This document shows, piece after piece, positions 33,078 to 42,196 of a stretch of DNA of 64,000 nt; the first letter of the stretch is position 1, and each line of letters begins with the position of its first letter. The stretch lies in contig JBBCGM010000001.1 of NCBI GenBank assembly GCA_037201605.1, positions 147,585 to 211,584 of the forward strand, given 5' to 3'. The stretch is from Candidatus Moraniibacteriota bacterium (GTDB taxonomy: Bacteria > Patescibacteriota > Minisyncoccia > Moranbacterales > UBA1568). The translations under genes and the position numbers were made by a program. Under the pieces are notes generated by a model. That model had not been told where the DNA came from. It saw nothing but the letters and a program-made list of their open reading frames with translations, and made no database searches.

Positions 33078-33392
33078 TCAGCATATCCGGCCAGGTCCCA
33101 TTATCTCATCAAGCTCATCGCAGACCTGACGCGCTTCCCCTATTCTTGCCTCGACTATTTCCCTTCCGCCATTGCCCAGTCTTTGCTGGAGCAGTCTGAG
33201 CATTCCTTGGAAGTCATAAGGAAGCTCTTCTTGGAATTCACTGGAGCTTCGATCTTCTTCTTTATCAGTTTGCTCAGGGAAGTTCGGGTCTTCCCAAGGC
33301 AAATGATCATGCTGTCTGAGAAACGCCTGGTGGCCACACAAGAGCCGCAGGCTATCCGAAGACATCTCTGGAAGCGGCAGAAGTATTTGCAT
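33078..33392 (-). CDS. hypothetical acidic protein (104 aa)
   Basis: RBS aaggag 8 nt before ATG 33392 (MQILLPLPEMSSD...). Confidence 0.4.
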   Translation of the reverse strand: MQILLPLPEMSSDSLRLLCGHQAFLRQHDHLPWEDPNFPEQTDKEEDRSSSEFQEELPYDFQGMLRLLQQRLGNGGREIVEARIGEARQVCDELDEIMGPGRIC

Positions 33393-33491
33393 GGGAACAC
33401 TCCTTGTTTGAAACGAACCTAAGGCTACTCTAGCACAGGAAACCAAAAAGAAAACTCCGCCTGAAGCGGAGTTTTTGATACCTTGGGGAGA

Positions 33492-34019
33492 TTAACGCTT
33501 GGCCCACTGTGGAGCGCGGCGCGCTTTGCGAAGACCCGGCTTCTTACGCTCGACGGCACGGGCATCGCGGGTTAAGAGTCCTTGCGCCTTGAGCGTCGCG
33601 CGCAGCAGCGCATCGTGCTTGACCAGGGCGCGGGCGATAGCGAGCTTGGCCGCATCGGACTGGCCGTTCAGTCCACCGCCGCGGACCAAGAGGGACACGC
33701 GGAACTTGGTGACAAGGCCGGTGACTTGCAATGCGGAAAGGGCATTGGCGACCAGCGCCTGGCGGCCGAAGTATTTAGAGGCGTCGCGTTCGTTCACGAT
33801 CAGCGGAGTCTCGCCTTCGGCTGAAAGCGGATAGAGGCGCACCTGGGCTACAGCGGTCTTGCGGCGGCCGACGGCGTAGAGATAGCGCTCTTCGGCTTTC
33901 TCGGTTTTCGGCTTGGGGGCAGCCGAAGCAACCTTGGCGACCTTTTTGGCAGGCGCTTTCTTGGCCGGAGCAGCGGGCTTCTTTTTCAGCACAGTGGATT
34001 TCTTGGGCGTAGTAGCCAT
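33492..34019 (-). CDS. rpsI: 30S ribosomal protein S9 with ~45-aa Lys/Ala/Pro-rich N-terminal extension
   Basis: ..YLYAVGRRKTAVAQVRLYP...GGGLNGQSDAAKLAIARAL...LTRDARAVERKKPGLRKARRAPQWAKR*. Confidence 0.95.
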   Translation of the reverse strand: MATTPKKSTVLKKKPAAPAKKAPAKKVAKVASAAPKPKTEKAEERYLYAVGRRKTAVAQVRLYPLSAEGETPLIVNERDASKYFGRQALVANALSALQVTGLVTKFRVSLLVRGGGLNGQSDAAKLAIARALVKHDALLRATLKAQGLLTRDARAVERKKPGLRKARRAPQWAKR

Positions 34020-34033
34020 ACAGGACGTGTAGT

Positions 34034-34459
34034 TTATTCGTGGGTAACGTGGATAGTCTTGTGCTGGTGTTCGGCGCCCGGGTAGATAAAGAGGCGGGTC
34101 AGCATACGATCGCGGAGCTTGTTCTTGGGGAGCATGCCGCGCACCGCCTGGTGCAGCACTCGGCGGGAGTCTTTCTTCAGCTGGTCCTTGAGCGCGATCG
34201 AGTGGATACCGCCCGGGAAACCGCTGAAGCGATGGTAGATCTTGTCATGGCGCTTGTTGCCGGTGACATCGATACCGTCGGCATTGATGAGGATCACGAA
34301 GTCGCCGCCATCGATGTGGGGAGCATAGTCTACTTTGCTCTTGCCGGAAAGGACAGTCGCAAGCTCGGTCGCGAGGCGGCCCAAAATCTTGCCTTGCGCA
34401 TCGTAGAGGTGGTATTTGCGATCGATGGGTTTCTTCGGCATAGGTTTAGACAAATTCAA
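34034..34459 (-). CDS. rplM: 50S ribosomal protein L13 (start may be 34441)
   Basis: ..YHLYDAQGKILGRLATELATVLSGKSK..YAPHIDGGDFVILINAD...YHRFSGFPGG... Confidence 0.95.
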   Translation of the reverse strand: MNLSKPMPKKPIDRKYHLYDAQGKILGRLATELATVLSGKSKVDYAPHIDGGDFVILINADGIDVTGNKRHDKIYHRFSGFPGGIHSIALKDQLKKDSRRVLHQAVRGMLPKNKLRDRMLTRLFIYPGAEHQHKTIHVTHE

Positions 34460-34811
34460 TGACGGCCATGCGGGCAGAATCGCTCTTGCGGGGCTGAAGT
34501 TTGGTGATGCGTACGTAGCCGCTGCCGCGCGTGCTGAAGCGCTCGCCGAACTCCCCTATGAGCTTGCGGATAGCCATAAGAGGCAGGGATTTGCGCAGAT
34601 CGCGGATCACAGCTACCTTCTTTCCCTCTTCGGTGCGGGCCGTCTTAGCCTTGTTGACTAGCGGGTCGATAAAGTTCTTCATCTCCTTGGCCTTGGCTTC
34701 GGTAGTCGTAATGCGCTCGTGCAACACCAAGCTGCCCAGCATGGTCTTCATGAGGGCTTTTCTTTGATCAGCGGTGCGGCTGAGCTGGCGGCCAGTCTTG
34801 CGATGTTTCAT
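34446..34811 (-). CDS. rplQ: 50S ribosomal protein L17
   Basis: MKHRKTGRQLSRTADQRKALMKTMLGSLVLHERITTTEAKAKE... Confidence 0.95.
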   Translation of the reverse strand: MKHRKTGRQLSRTADQRKALMKTMLGSLVLHERITTTEAKAKEMKNFIDPLVNKAKTARTEEGKKVAVIRDLRKSLPLMAIRKLIGEFGERFSTRGSGYVRITKLQPRKSDSARMAVIEFV

Positions 34812-34835
34812 ACGACCGAATGAGAATGCGGGAGA

Positions 34836-35648
34836 TTAGGCTTTGGTGTCTTCGGGAGTTTCCGTCTTGGCAACCTTTTTCTTGGCAACTTTTTTGGGCT
34901 TGGCGGGAGCTTCTTCTTCGGCAGGAGCCTCGGGAGCAACTTCCTCCTGAACTTCCGGAGTTGCACCGATGAGCGCCAAGGCCTGGAACTGGTTGACGAG
35001 GATAGCAACGCTCTGTTCGTAGGCCTGTTCCGGCGTCAGACTGCCGTCGGTCACGATTTCCAGCGTGATCTTGTCGAAGTCAGTGCGCTTGCCGACGCGC
35101 ATGTTTTCGATTTCATAGTTGACGCGGCGGACCGGGCTGTAGATGGAGTCAACGGCGATAACGCCGATTTCGCGCTCTTCGCGGTCGCGCTGTTCTACCG
35201 GGACGTAGCCGAGACCCTGATCAACGGTGATTTCCATTTCGAAGTCAGCCTTCTTATCGGTGAGGGTCGCGATGAGCTGGTCGCCGTCTACGATTTCCAC
35301 TTCAGAAGAGCCTTTGAACTGGCTTGCGGTGACCGGGCCTTCGCCCTTGGCCTTGAGCGTTAACGTGACCGGGCCTTCGCCGTGGAGACGGAAACGGACC
35401 TGCTTGAGGTGAAGGATAATCTGCACGACATCCTCGAGAACACCTGGGATGGTGGAAAACTCATGGGATACGCCCTTGAGCTTCATCGAGGTGGCAGCGG
35501 CACCGGAAAGCGACGACAGAAGGACACGGCGCAGGGCATTGCCAAGCGTCGCACCATAGCCGGGAAAACAGCCGGAAATCTCGATCTTGCCGTGATTCTC
35601 GCCAAGAGCGGTGTATTTCGGGTTCTGCGGGTTAGTGATGACCAACAT
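34836..35648 (-). CDS. rpoA: DNA-directed RNA polymerase alpha subunit, N-terminal domain only (no alpha-CTD)
   Basis: ..GYGATLGNALRRVLLSSLSGAA...IAVDSIYSPVRRVNYEIENMRVGKRTDFDKITLEIVTDGS.. then a 40-aa tail, APEAPAEEEAPAKPKKVAKKKVAKTETPEDTKA*. Only 24 nt separate it from rplQ. Confidence 0.9.
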   Translation of the reverse strand: MLVITNPQNPKYTALGENHGKIEISGCFPGYGATLGNALRRVLLSSLSGAAATSMKLKGVSHEFSTIPGVLEDVVQIILHLKQVRFRLHGEGPVTLTLKAKGEGPVTASQFKGSSEVEIVDGDQLIATLTDKKADFEMEITVDQGLGYVPVEQRDREEREIGVIAVDSIYSPVRRVNYEIENMRVGKRTDFDKITLEIVTDGSLTPEQAYEQSVAILVNQFQALALIGATPEVQEEVAPEAPAEEEAPAKPKKVAKKKVAKTETPEDTKA

Positions 35649-35741
35649 AGTTCTTGATGGTTTCGGACGAGGCGTCGGACCTGTTTCTCTAAGACACTGC
35701 GCCGGAAACGTTTAATGATGAACTCTAATTAATTAAAGGGG

Positions 35742-36380
35742 TTACTTGGAATAATATTCGACAACCATCTGAGCATTGAGGCTCGCGCCCAGGCCCAGTT
35801 CTTCGCGATTCGGGAGAGAAAGCACCGTGCCCTGGCGCTTGTCGGCATCCAATCCCAGCCAGGTCGGTACGTCGTTCTTGTTTTTCAAAATTTCATTCAA
35901 GCCCTTCCAGTATTCTTTGTCCTGCTTGCTGTCCTTGATGACAATGACATCTCCTACTTTTACGGCGGCGGAAGGAATGTTCTGGCGCTTGCCGTTTACT
36001 TCGAACATCTTGTGCGATACCAGCTGGCGGGCCTGGGCGCGGGAGACCGCGAATCCGAGGCGGTAGACCACGTTATCCAGGCGGCGCTCCAATCGGGAGA
36101 GGAGCTCATCACCGGTGATGCCTTCGACTTTCTCGGCTTCGGAGTAGTGGTGGCGGAACTGGCGCTCCATAACGCCGTAGAGGCGCTTGATCTTCTGCTT
36201 CATAGCCAGCTGACGGCCGAATTCGGACTGGCCGCGCTGAGGCGAGTGGCCATGAATACCCGGCCCGTAGGGACGACGGGTGATAGCGCACTTGGGCGAC
36301 AAACAGCGATCACCCTTCAAGAAGAGCTTTTCACCGGCCCGGCGGCACAGTTTGCATTTTGAGTCGAGGTTCTTGGCCAT
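35742..36380 (-). CDS. rpsD: 30S ribosomal protein S4
   Basis: Start MAKNLDSKCKLCRRAGEKLFLKGDRC (CAT at 36378-36380), followed by an S4 domain. Confidence 0.95.
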   Translation of the reverse strand: MAKNLDSKCKLCRRAGEKLFLKGDRCLSPKCAITRRPYGPGIHGHSPQRGQSEFGRQLAMKQKIKRLYGVMERQFRHHYSEAEKVEGITGDELLSRLERRLDNVVYRLGFAVSRAQARQLVSHKMFEVNGKRQNIPSAAVKVGDVIVIKDSKQDKEYWKGLNEILKNKNDVPTWLGLDADKRQGTVLSLPNREELGLGASLNAQMVVEYYSK

Positions 36381-36415
36381 ACGATTACAGAGGAATCTGA
36401 GAGAGAAATAGCGTA

Positions 36416-36862
36416 TTAAATGCGGCGCGGACGGCGCGGACGGCAACCGCCATGGGCTACCGGCGTGGTGTCCTTGATGGCAAGCAGCGTAAAGCCGTTG
36501 TTGGCGAGCGCCCGGATCGAGGCCTCGCGGCCGCTCCCGACACCCTTCACGAACACTTCCAATTCCGTAACACCGTACTTCTTGACCTTTTCAGTCAGGT
36601 TGGCCACCACTTGCGTAGCAGCGTACGGAGTAGACTTCTTGGCACCCTTGAAGCCCATGTGGCCCGAGCTGGACCAGCCGAGAACCGCACCGGAGAGGTC
36701 GGAAATGGTCACGATCGTGTTGTTGTAGGTGCATTTGATATTGGCGCGGCCATGCTCAACCTGGCGCTTCTTTGATTTGCGCTTGGCTGCGGGGGCTGCT
36801 GCAGCCTCCTGGACAGCCTCTTCTTCGGCCACACCTTCGGTTTTCTTTACTTCATCTGCCAT
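36416..36862 (-). CDS. rpsK: 30S ribosomal protein S11 with N-terminal acidic/Ala-rich extension
   Basis: ..GRANIKCTYNNTIVTISDLSGAVLGWSSSGHMGFKGAKKSTPYAA... Confidence 0.95.
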   Translation of the reverse strand: MADEVKKTEGVAEEEAVQEAAAAPAAKRKSKKRQVEHGRANIKCTYNNTIVTISDLSGAVLGWSSSGHMGFKGAKKSTPYAATQVVANLTEKVKKYGVTELEVFVKGVGSGREASIRALANNGFTLLAIKDTTPVAHGGCRPRRPRRI

Positions 36863-36880
36863 ACAAAGTCTCGGGATGGT

Positions 36881-37270
36881 TTAGGTCTTGGAATCGCTCT
36901 TCTTGCGGCCGCTGCCCATGGTCTTGCGCGTGTTGCCGCGCACGGTACGGGTGTTGGTCTTGGTGCGCTGGCCGCGGACCGGCAGGCCTTTCTGATGGCG
37001 GGAACCACGGTAGGAACCGATTTCCTTCAAACGCTTGATATTGCCTTTGACGAGGTGACGGAGTTCGCCTTCGACGCGGTACTTCTTTTCGACGGCTTCA
37101 CGCAGGGTATTGGCTTCTTTGTCGGAAAGGTCTTTGGTACGGGTGTCAGGGCTGATACGCACGTCAGTCAGGATCTTCTGGCTGGTCGAAAGTCCGATAC
37201 CGTAAATGTACGTCAGCGCGACTTCGATGCGCTTGTTATCGGGAATGTTGATGCCGGCGATTCTAACCAT
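36881..37270 (-). CDS. rpsM: 30S ribosomal protein S13
   Basis: [34 protein letters not shown]... (start at M22 of ORF 36881..37333). Confidence 0.95.
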   Translation of the reverse strand: MVRIAGINIPDNKRIEVALTYIYGIGLSTSQKILTDVRISPDTRTKDLSDKEANTLREAVEKKYRVEGELRHLVKGNIKRLKEIGSYRGSRHQKGLPVRGQRTKTNTRTVRGNTRKTMGSGRKKSDSKT

Positions 37271-37297
37271 ATGGGGAAGGGATGAAACAGAAGGAAT

Positions 37298-37411
37298 TAG
37301 CCCTGACGCTGCTTGTGCTTGGGATTCGGACAAATCACGCGGACGACGCCCTTGCGGCGAACGATCTTGCAGTGCGCACAGATTTTTTTGACGCTTGCGC
37401 GGACTTTCATA
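37298..37411 (-). CDS. rpmJ: 50S ribosomal protein L36 (37 aa)
   Basis: Hand translation: [37 protein letters not shown]. It is below the ORF-track size cutoff. Confidence 0.9.
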
Positions 37412-37439
37412 GCGTTAACAGCGAAAGAGACATTATTCA

Positions 37440-37658
37440 CTACTTGAGGCGCTGCACGATGCGGGCCTTGGAAAGATCATAGGGACTCATCTCGACGATC
37501 ACCCGATCGCCGGGCAAGAGGCGGATATAGTGAACCCGCATTTTTCCGGAGATGTGTCCGAGAACCTCGTGACCGTTGTCCAATTTGACGCGAAACGTCG
37601 TACTCGGAAGTGTTTCTATCACTTCGCCTTCGACGCGGATCATGTCTTGTTTGGCCAT
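37440..37658 (-). CDS. infA: translation initiation factor IF-1
   Basis: [72 protein letters not shown]. Confidence 0.95.
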   Translation of the reverse strand: MAKQDMIRVEGEVIETLPSTTFRVKLDNGHEVLGHISGKMRVHYIRLLPGDRVIVEMSPYDLSKARIVQRLK

Positions 37659-37863
37659 AGCGTGCTTGGGGTGCCTTGGAGAGCTGCGCGAGAGAAACCA
37701 AAGTTGGGTAAAGTATTGATACAACGACAAAAAAGAGGTCTTTCCATTTGGTAAGCAATCAGTCCTCGTTCGTGCGTCGCAGCTCCTGATGATACCCCTC
37801 TTTATGGCTTCTCTATGCAGTTTTTCAATGTGTTTACGATTGTAAGCGAAAAGCGCTAAGCTG

Positions 37864-38616
37864 TCAACCCCGGAATCCGACCCTCCTAGCGCCCTTGCGC
37901 CGGGGCCTTTGGGCATAGTCGAAAAGGGCTGCTTCAAGCTCTTTGGGAGTGAAGGCGGGGTAGAGCTTGTCCGAGAAAAAAAGCTGGCTGTCAGCCAAAT
38001 CCCACATCATAAAACCAGCCGAGAGGTGGGGCTCTCCGCCGGTGCGGATGAGAAAATCCACTGCCGGCAAATCAGCCGTCATGAGGGCCTTTTTGACATC
38101 CTCTGGAGCTACCTCTCGCTTGCCGCTTTTCACAAGAGTATTGATCGCCTGGAGCATATCGTCGGCGCCGCTGTAGGCCAGCATGAAGTTTAGGCCATGG
38201 CGACGATACGTCGCCGTTGCCGCTTCCAAATCTTCGAGGCTTTGGCGCAAACTCTTGGGAAACTGCTCGCGCCAGCGGCCCAGAAACCGCACTCTGACCT
38301 GGTTTTCATGGATATCCGGATCGGCCGCCATCTCTGCGAAATAGCGTGCATAGATATCGAGAAGCGCCCGCGTTTCAGCGGCAGGACGCTTGGAGAGATT
38401 CTCGAGCGAAGAACCCCAAATGGTAAATTGGCGAATACCAAGCTCGCGTACCTTCTCCCCAAGACGCTTCGTATTTTCGGCTCCTGCCTCATGCCCCTCC
38501 CAAGGCTTCAAGCCGCGTGCGGTCGCCCAACGGCGATTGCCATCGGGAATGATGACCAGGTGTTCAGGAAGCGTCTCGGGAACGCTCGGGTTTTCGGATG
38601 AAGGGCTTTTAGACAT
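37864..38616 (-). CDS. uppS: undecaprenyl-diphosphate synthase (cis-prenyltransferase)
   Basis: [13 protein letters not shown]...[15 protein letters not shown]...RVRFLGR...[19 protein letters not shown]. Confidence 0.9.
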   Translation of the reverse strand: MSKSPSSENPSVPETLPEHLVIIPDGNRRWATARGLKPWEGHEAGAENTKRLGEKVRELGIRQFTIWGSSLENLSKRPAAETRALLDIYARYFAEMAADPDIHENQVRVRFLGRWREQFPKSLRQSLEDLEAATATYRRHGLNFMLAYSGADDMLQAINTLVKSGKREVAPEDVKKALMTADLPAVDFLIRTGGEPHLSAGFMMWDLADSQLFFSDKLYPAFTPKELEAALFDYAQRPRRKGARRVGFRG

Positions 38617-39745
38617 TTCTCTCTATGATGTATTCGGACAGAGCCTCAAGAAACCGGTAACTCTCGGGCACTAGGCGCTCTTTGAGACGCGGGAGCACGG
38701 CCCTCCCCTTCTCTGCATACTCTGAAGCAATAGCAAGGGTCGCTGCAAAAGCGCCGCTTTCGCGCAGAAGAGAACGAAACTCTTCGAGTTCGGACTCGGT
38801 CAGGGCATCGCCGCGTTCCAGAATCGTCTGGAGACGCTTCTTCTGCGTCCTGTCTCCCATTTCCAGACCCTTGGCAACAAGGAGCGTCATCTTCCCCTCT
38901 TTGACATCCGAACCGACCGGCTTGCCAATCTCGCCGACAGTACCGAATGAACCGATGATATCGTCTTGGATCTGGTAACTCACTCCGAGCGGGAGCGCGT
39001 AGGCGGAAAAAAGCTCTTTGAGTGCGGCATCGTCACCGGCAAGCAGGAGACCGAGGTGAAGCGGCCCTTCAATCGAGTAGCGGGCCGTCTTGTTCTCGTA
39101 CATACTGAGAATCTCTTCTTCGGTCGCTTGGCCTTGGTACTCCATATAGACATCCCGAGCCTGACCGACGACTGTATGACTGACGATGTTTTGGAGGCAA
39201 GAGAGAGCAGCGAATACGCGCTCCTTCGGAAAAGGCGCCTGAAAAAGAACGTCGTTCCCAAAAGCCGAGAGCATGTCGCCTAAGATCAGCGCTATCGAAT
39301 TGCCGAAGTGTACCGCGTCGTGGCCGGGAAAACGCTTCTCGGCGAGTTTGCGGTAGCGCTCGTGAAGCGTCGGTACGCCGTGGCGGAGCGCATCCCGATC
39401 CATGATATCGTCGTGCACCAGTAAGTACGCGTGAATGAGTTCAACAGAAATGCTGGCGCGCAGAATAGCCTCCCGGTCCGTGCCGCCGGCACCCAGGTAC
39501 CCGTGGTAGAAAAGGGCCGCCCGCAAACGCTTACCGCCGGAAAGCATGATGTCGCGCAAATCCTTGAGGGCTTCGCGGATAAAGGGATCCTGCCAGTCGG
39601 CTTCCGCCTGCTTTTCGGAAAAAAACCCGGCGATATGCGGGTCGAGTTCGGCTTTGAAATCGCGGATAAGCTCTCTTGCTTCCATGAATGTGTTCCAGGT
39701 TTTCGTCCCCGAGTATAGCATGAAGGCCTCCTTTGCGTCCCGCAT
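38609..39745 (-). CDS. trans-polyprenyl diphosphate synthase (IspA/GGPS family)
   Basis: LIHAYLLVHDDIMDRDALRHG (first DDxxD) and YQIQDDIIGSFG (second). The start is taken at MRDAKEAF (39745) because the upstream part of the ORF overlaps mpg on the other strand. Confidence 0.85.
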   Translation of the reverse strand: MRDAKEAFMLYSGTKTWNTFMEARELIRDFKAELDPHIAGFFSEKQAEADWQDPFIREALKDLRDIMLSGGKRLRAALFYHGYLGAGGTDREAILRASISVELIHAYLLVHDDIMDRDALRHGVPTLHERYRKLAEKRFPGHDAVHFGNSIALILGDMLSAFGNDVLFQAPFPKERVFAALSCLQNIVSHTVVGQARDVYMEYQGQATEEEILSMYENKTARYSIEGPLHLGLLLAGDDAALKELFSAYALPLGVSYQIQDDIIGSFGTVGEIGKPVGSDVKEGKMTLLVAKGLEMGDRTQKKRLQTILERGDALTESELEEFRSLLRESGAFAATLAIASEYAEKGRAVLPRLKERLVPESYRFLEALSEYIIERNV

Positions 39746-39784
39746 AATATTGCCTATACTGCCGATGGTTACTGCTTCAATCGT

Positions 39785-40315
39785 ATGCCCAAGACGCTCT
39801 CCAAAGCCTTTTTCAATCGTCCCTCCCTCACGGTAGCAAGAGAGCTCATCGGGAAGACCTTGGTGCGCCAGAGAGGCGACAGCATAGTACGCCTCGCTAT
39901 CACCGAAGTCGAAGTCTATGACGGCTTTCGGGATCGCGCTTCGCATGGCTGGCGCAAAGAGACTCCGCGCAATACGCCCATGTACGGACCGGCCGGTACC
40001 CTCTATGTCTATTTCACCTACGGTATGCACTGGATGCTCAACATTGCGACGCGCGAAGCGGGCTATCCGGCGGCTCTCCTCATCCGCGGTGCGGGCGACA
40101 TCGTCGGCCCGGCGCGTCTCACCAAAGCGCTCGCCATCGACAAGACGCTAACAGGCAAACCCTTAAGCCGTAAGAGCGGGTTATGGATCGAGGAAGGGAT
40201 ACGAATACCTGGCAAAGAAGTTCTGCGCACTCCGCGCATCGGCATCAAATATGCCGGCGAGCCATGGGTGAGCAAACCCTGGCGCTTCGTATGGAAAAAA
40301 GAAAAGGGCTCGTAA
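39785..40315 (+). CDS. mpg: DNA-3-methyladenine glycosylase (Mpg/AAG family)
   Basis: ..FFNRPSLTVARELIGKTLV...ITEVEVYDG..DRASHG....PRNTPMYGPAGTLYVYFTYGMHWMLNI...LLIRG....GPARLTKALAID. Confidence 0.85.
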   Translation: MPKTLSKAFFNRPSLTVARELIGKTLVRQRGDSIVRLAITEVEVYDGFRDRASHGWRKETPRNTPMYGPAGTLYVYFTYGMHWMLNIATREAGYPAALLIRGAGDIVGPARLTKALAIDKTLTGKPLSRKSGLWIEEGIRIPGKEVLRTPRIGIKYAGEPWVSKPWRFVWKKEKGS

Positions 40316-40358
40316 CGCAGCGCGTCCGAGCCCTTCAAAAGTTTTCGAGAGGAAAAAT

Positions 40359-41171
40359 TCAGACGGAGGTATTCATTTCCTCGATCAGTCTCCTCCAGTT
40401 CTCCTTTTTTTTAGGATCCCAGATAACCCGGCGAGCCTGCACCGCCTCGGAAACCAACGGGTCTTCCTGTCGGTATTCAGGCGTCGGCACAGGCCAGATG
40501 CTCATCACTGGATAGCCATCGAATTCGGTAGATACAGGAAAGGCGCGGTTGATGACAGATGAGATACCGATAACTTCCGCACCTGCGGCCCGCACCAGAC
40601 CGACAAGCTCTCTCGTCGTTGAAAAGTTATTCACCACATCCTCACAAATCAGCACCCGATCATTCGATTGAAGGCTATAGCGCTCAAGCCGAAGCTGGGA
40701 GAGTGCCCGCTGGGCCTGATTAGGAGCGGCGAGCACTTTCTTTTCCGCGAAGATGCCGAGACAACCGAGCTCTTCTGCGAGCGCTCCAGAGACCTTGATG
40801 CCAGCCATCGGCGCGCCCAGGATCACGGTAGGCTTCAGTTCACGCTGACGAATGTCCATCGCTAAGAGTCTTGCGGTATGCCGCAGAACAGCCGGATAGC
40901 GGTCTGCCATGGAGAAATTGTAATAAGCAGGGGTAACGTAGTGGCTAGAGTGAGAAGAGGTATTTATAAGCGGCCCAGCACGACCCGGCACCTCTGTCAC
41001 CGCCAATGCAGCGTTCGAAACAAGGTATTTTCCAGCGCAACCGGCCAGGAAGCCGATCGGCTTGCCGTCGGACCCTAGCGGACATTGGTAGACTCCCCCA
41101 CAATTGACAAACGTCTGAGGAAAATTCCCCGGAACGATGAGGCTTTGGCCTCCGTCTTCACACTGGATCAT
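40359..41171 (-). CDS. phosphoribosyltransferase-domain protein
   Basis: Type-I PRT loop DRVLICEDVVNNFSTTRELV and VILGAPMAGIKVSGALAEELG. The specific substrate is not inferable. Confidence 0.55.
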   Translation of the reverse strand: MIQCEDGGQSLIVPGNFPQTFVNCGGVYQCPLGSDGKPIGFLAGCAGKYLVSNAALAVTEVPGRAGPLINTSSHSSHYVTPAYYNFSMADRYPAVLRHTARLLAMDIRQRELKPTVILGAPMAGIKVSGALAEELGCLGIFAEKKVLAAPNQAQRALSQLRLERYSLQSNDRVLICEDVVNNFSTTRELVGLVRAAGAEVIGISSVINRAFPVSTEFDGYPVMSIWPVPTPEYRQEDPLVSEAVQARRVIWDPKKKENWRRLIEEMNTSV

Positions 41172-41273
41172 TGGAATCTCCTACTCTCTTTGAAATGAAC
41201 TGAAATAAGCGAATGCTTATCAAAAGAGCTTACTCCAGTTGAGAAGAATGTCAATTATCTTCTAGCTGCAGAT

Positions 41274-41692
41274 AAAAACCCGCATCTAGCGGGTTTTTAT
41301 TTCACGTAGCCCCACGGGGAGATCTCACTCGCTTCGCTCTCTGAGAACGCCTCCGTTCTCAGCGGCCCAATGAGAATTGGGCCTGCTCTCCGCAAACGGG
41401 GAAACACATGTTTCCCCGACCCCCTTCCTGTTCGACTCCCGTGAAAGATTAAGTAAACTAAAAACCCGCATCTAGCGGGTTTTTATTTCACGTAGCCCCA
41501 CGGGGAGATCTCACTCGCTTCGCTCTCTGAGAACGCCTCCGTTCTCAGCGGCCCAATGAGAATTGGGCCTGCTCTCCGCAAACGGGGAAACACATGTTTC
41601 CCCGACCCCCTTCCTGTTCGACTCCCGTGAAAGATTAAGTAAACTAAAAACCCGCATCTAGCGGGTTTTTATTTCACGTAGCCCCACGGGGA
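41274..41692 (-). repeat. tRNA-3'-end-linked structured element, Glu copies: two identical 186-bp tandem units plus the 47-bp founding repeat at the tRNA-Glu 3' end
   Basis: Units at 41274-41459 and 41460-41645 appear identical. 41646-41692 repeats the first 47 nt (terminator aaaaacccgcatctagcgggttttt plus the tRNA 3' end) before diverging into the T loop of tRNA-Glu. Confidence 0.85.
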
Positions 41693-41750
41693 ATCGAACC
41701 CCGCTTTTCAGGATGAGAACCTGATGTCCTAACCGATAGACGATAGGGCC
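41679..41750 (-). tRNA. tRNA-Glu(CTC), no encoded CCA
   Basis: Reverse complement GGCCCTATCGTCTATCGGTTAGGACATCAGGTTCTCATCCTGAAAAGCGGGGTTCGATTCCCCGTGGGGCTA. Anticodon loop TTCTCAT. Confidence 0.85.
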
Positions 41751-41763
41751 TATTTTTTCTTTG

Positions 41764-41834
41764 CAGGGGAGGAAGGAATCGAACCCTCACTAGCGGTTTT
41801 GGAGACCGCCGTTCTACCACTAAACTACTCCCCC
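41764..41834 (-). tRNA. tRNA-Trp(CCA)
   Basis: Reverse complement GGGGGAGTAGTTTAGTGGTAGAACGGCGGTCTCCAAAACCGCTAGTGAGGGTTCGATTCCTTCCTCCCCTG. Anticodon loop CTCCAAA. Confidence 0.85.
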
Positions 41835-41875
41835 GAGCGATTCACTCACTTATAGTATATAGCAAAACCGAGAAC

Positions 41876-42037
41876 TTATTTGCTCTCGGTGTGCGGCGTG
41901 TTTTTGCGGCAGAAGTTGCAGTACTTAGAGAGAGCCAACTTTTCTTTGACTTTCTTTTTATTGCGCTTCGAATAGTGCGTGATACGGCCACAGACCGAGC
42001 ACTTCATCTTTGCCATTGTGTCCTTGATCTTGCCCAT
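41876..42037 (-). CDS. rpmG: 50S ribosomal protein L33 (53 aa)
   Basis: Hand translation: MGKIKDTMAKMKCSVCGRITHYSKRNKKKVKEKLALSKYCNFCRKNTPHTESK*. It is below the ORF-track cutoff. Confidence 0.85.
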   Translation of the reverse strand: MGKIKDTMAKMKCSVCGRITHYSKRNKKKVKEKLALSKYCNFCRKNTPHTESK

Positions 42038-42116
42038 ACGGTAATTGACTAACTTAAAACTTCGTTACTCTACGCGAAAATCGGGTTTTCGTCAACTGTT
42101 GCTTTCGGTATGTCTG

Positions 42117-42189
42117 AGCCGTTGATCGGGATTGAACCGATGACCCCCACCTTACCATGGTGGTGCTCTACCAGCTGAGCTACAACGGC
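42117..42189 (-). tRNA. tRNA-Thr(GGT)
   Basis: Reverse complement GCCGTTGTAGCTCAGCTGGTAGAGCACCACCATGGTAAGGTGGGGGTCATCGGTTCAATCCCGATCAACGGCT. Confidence 0.9.
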
Positions 42190-42196
42190 TAGTCTG

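Noticed and set aside
41274-41692. Possible CRISPR array, suggested by regularly spaced repeats.
   Set aside because: The whole 186-bp units appear identical, so there are no variable spacers. The repeat is far longer than CRISPR repeats and contains a tRNA fragment and a terminator. No cas genes are in the window.
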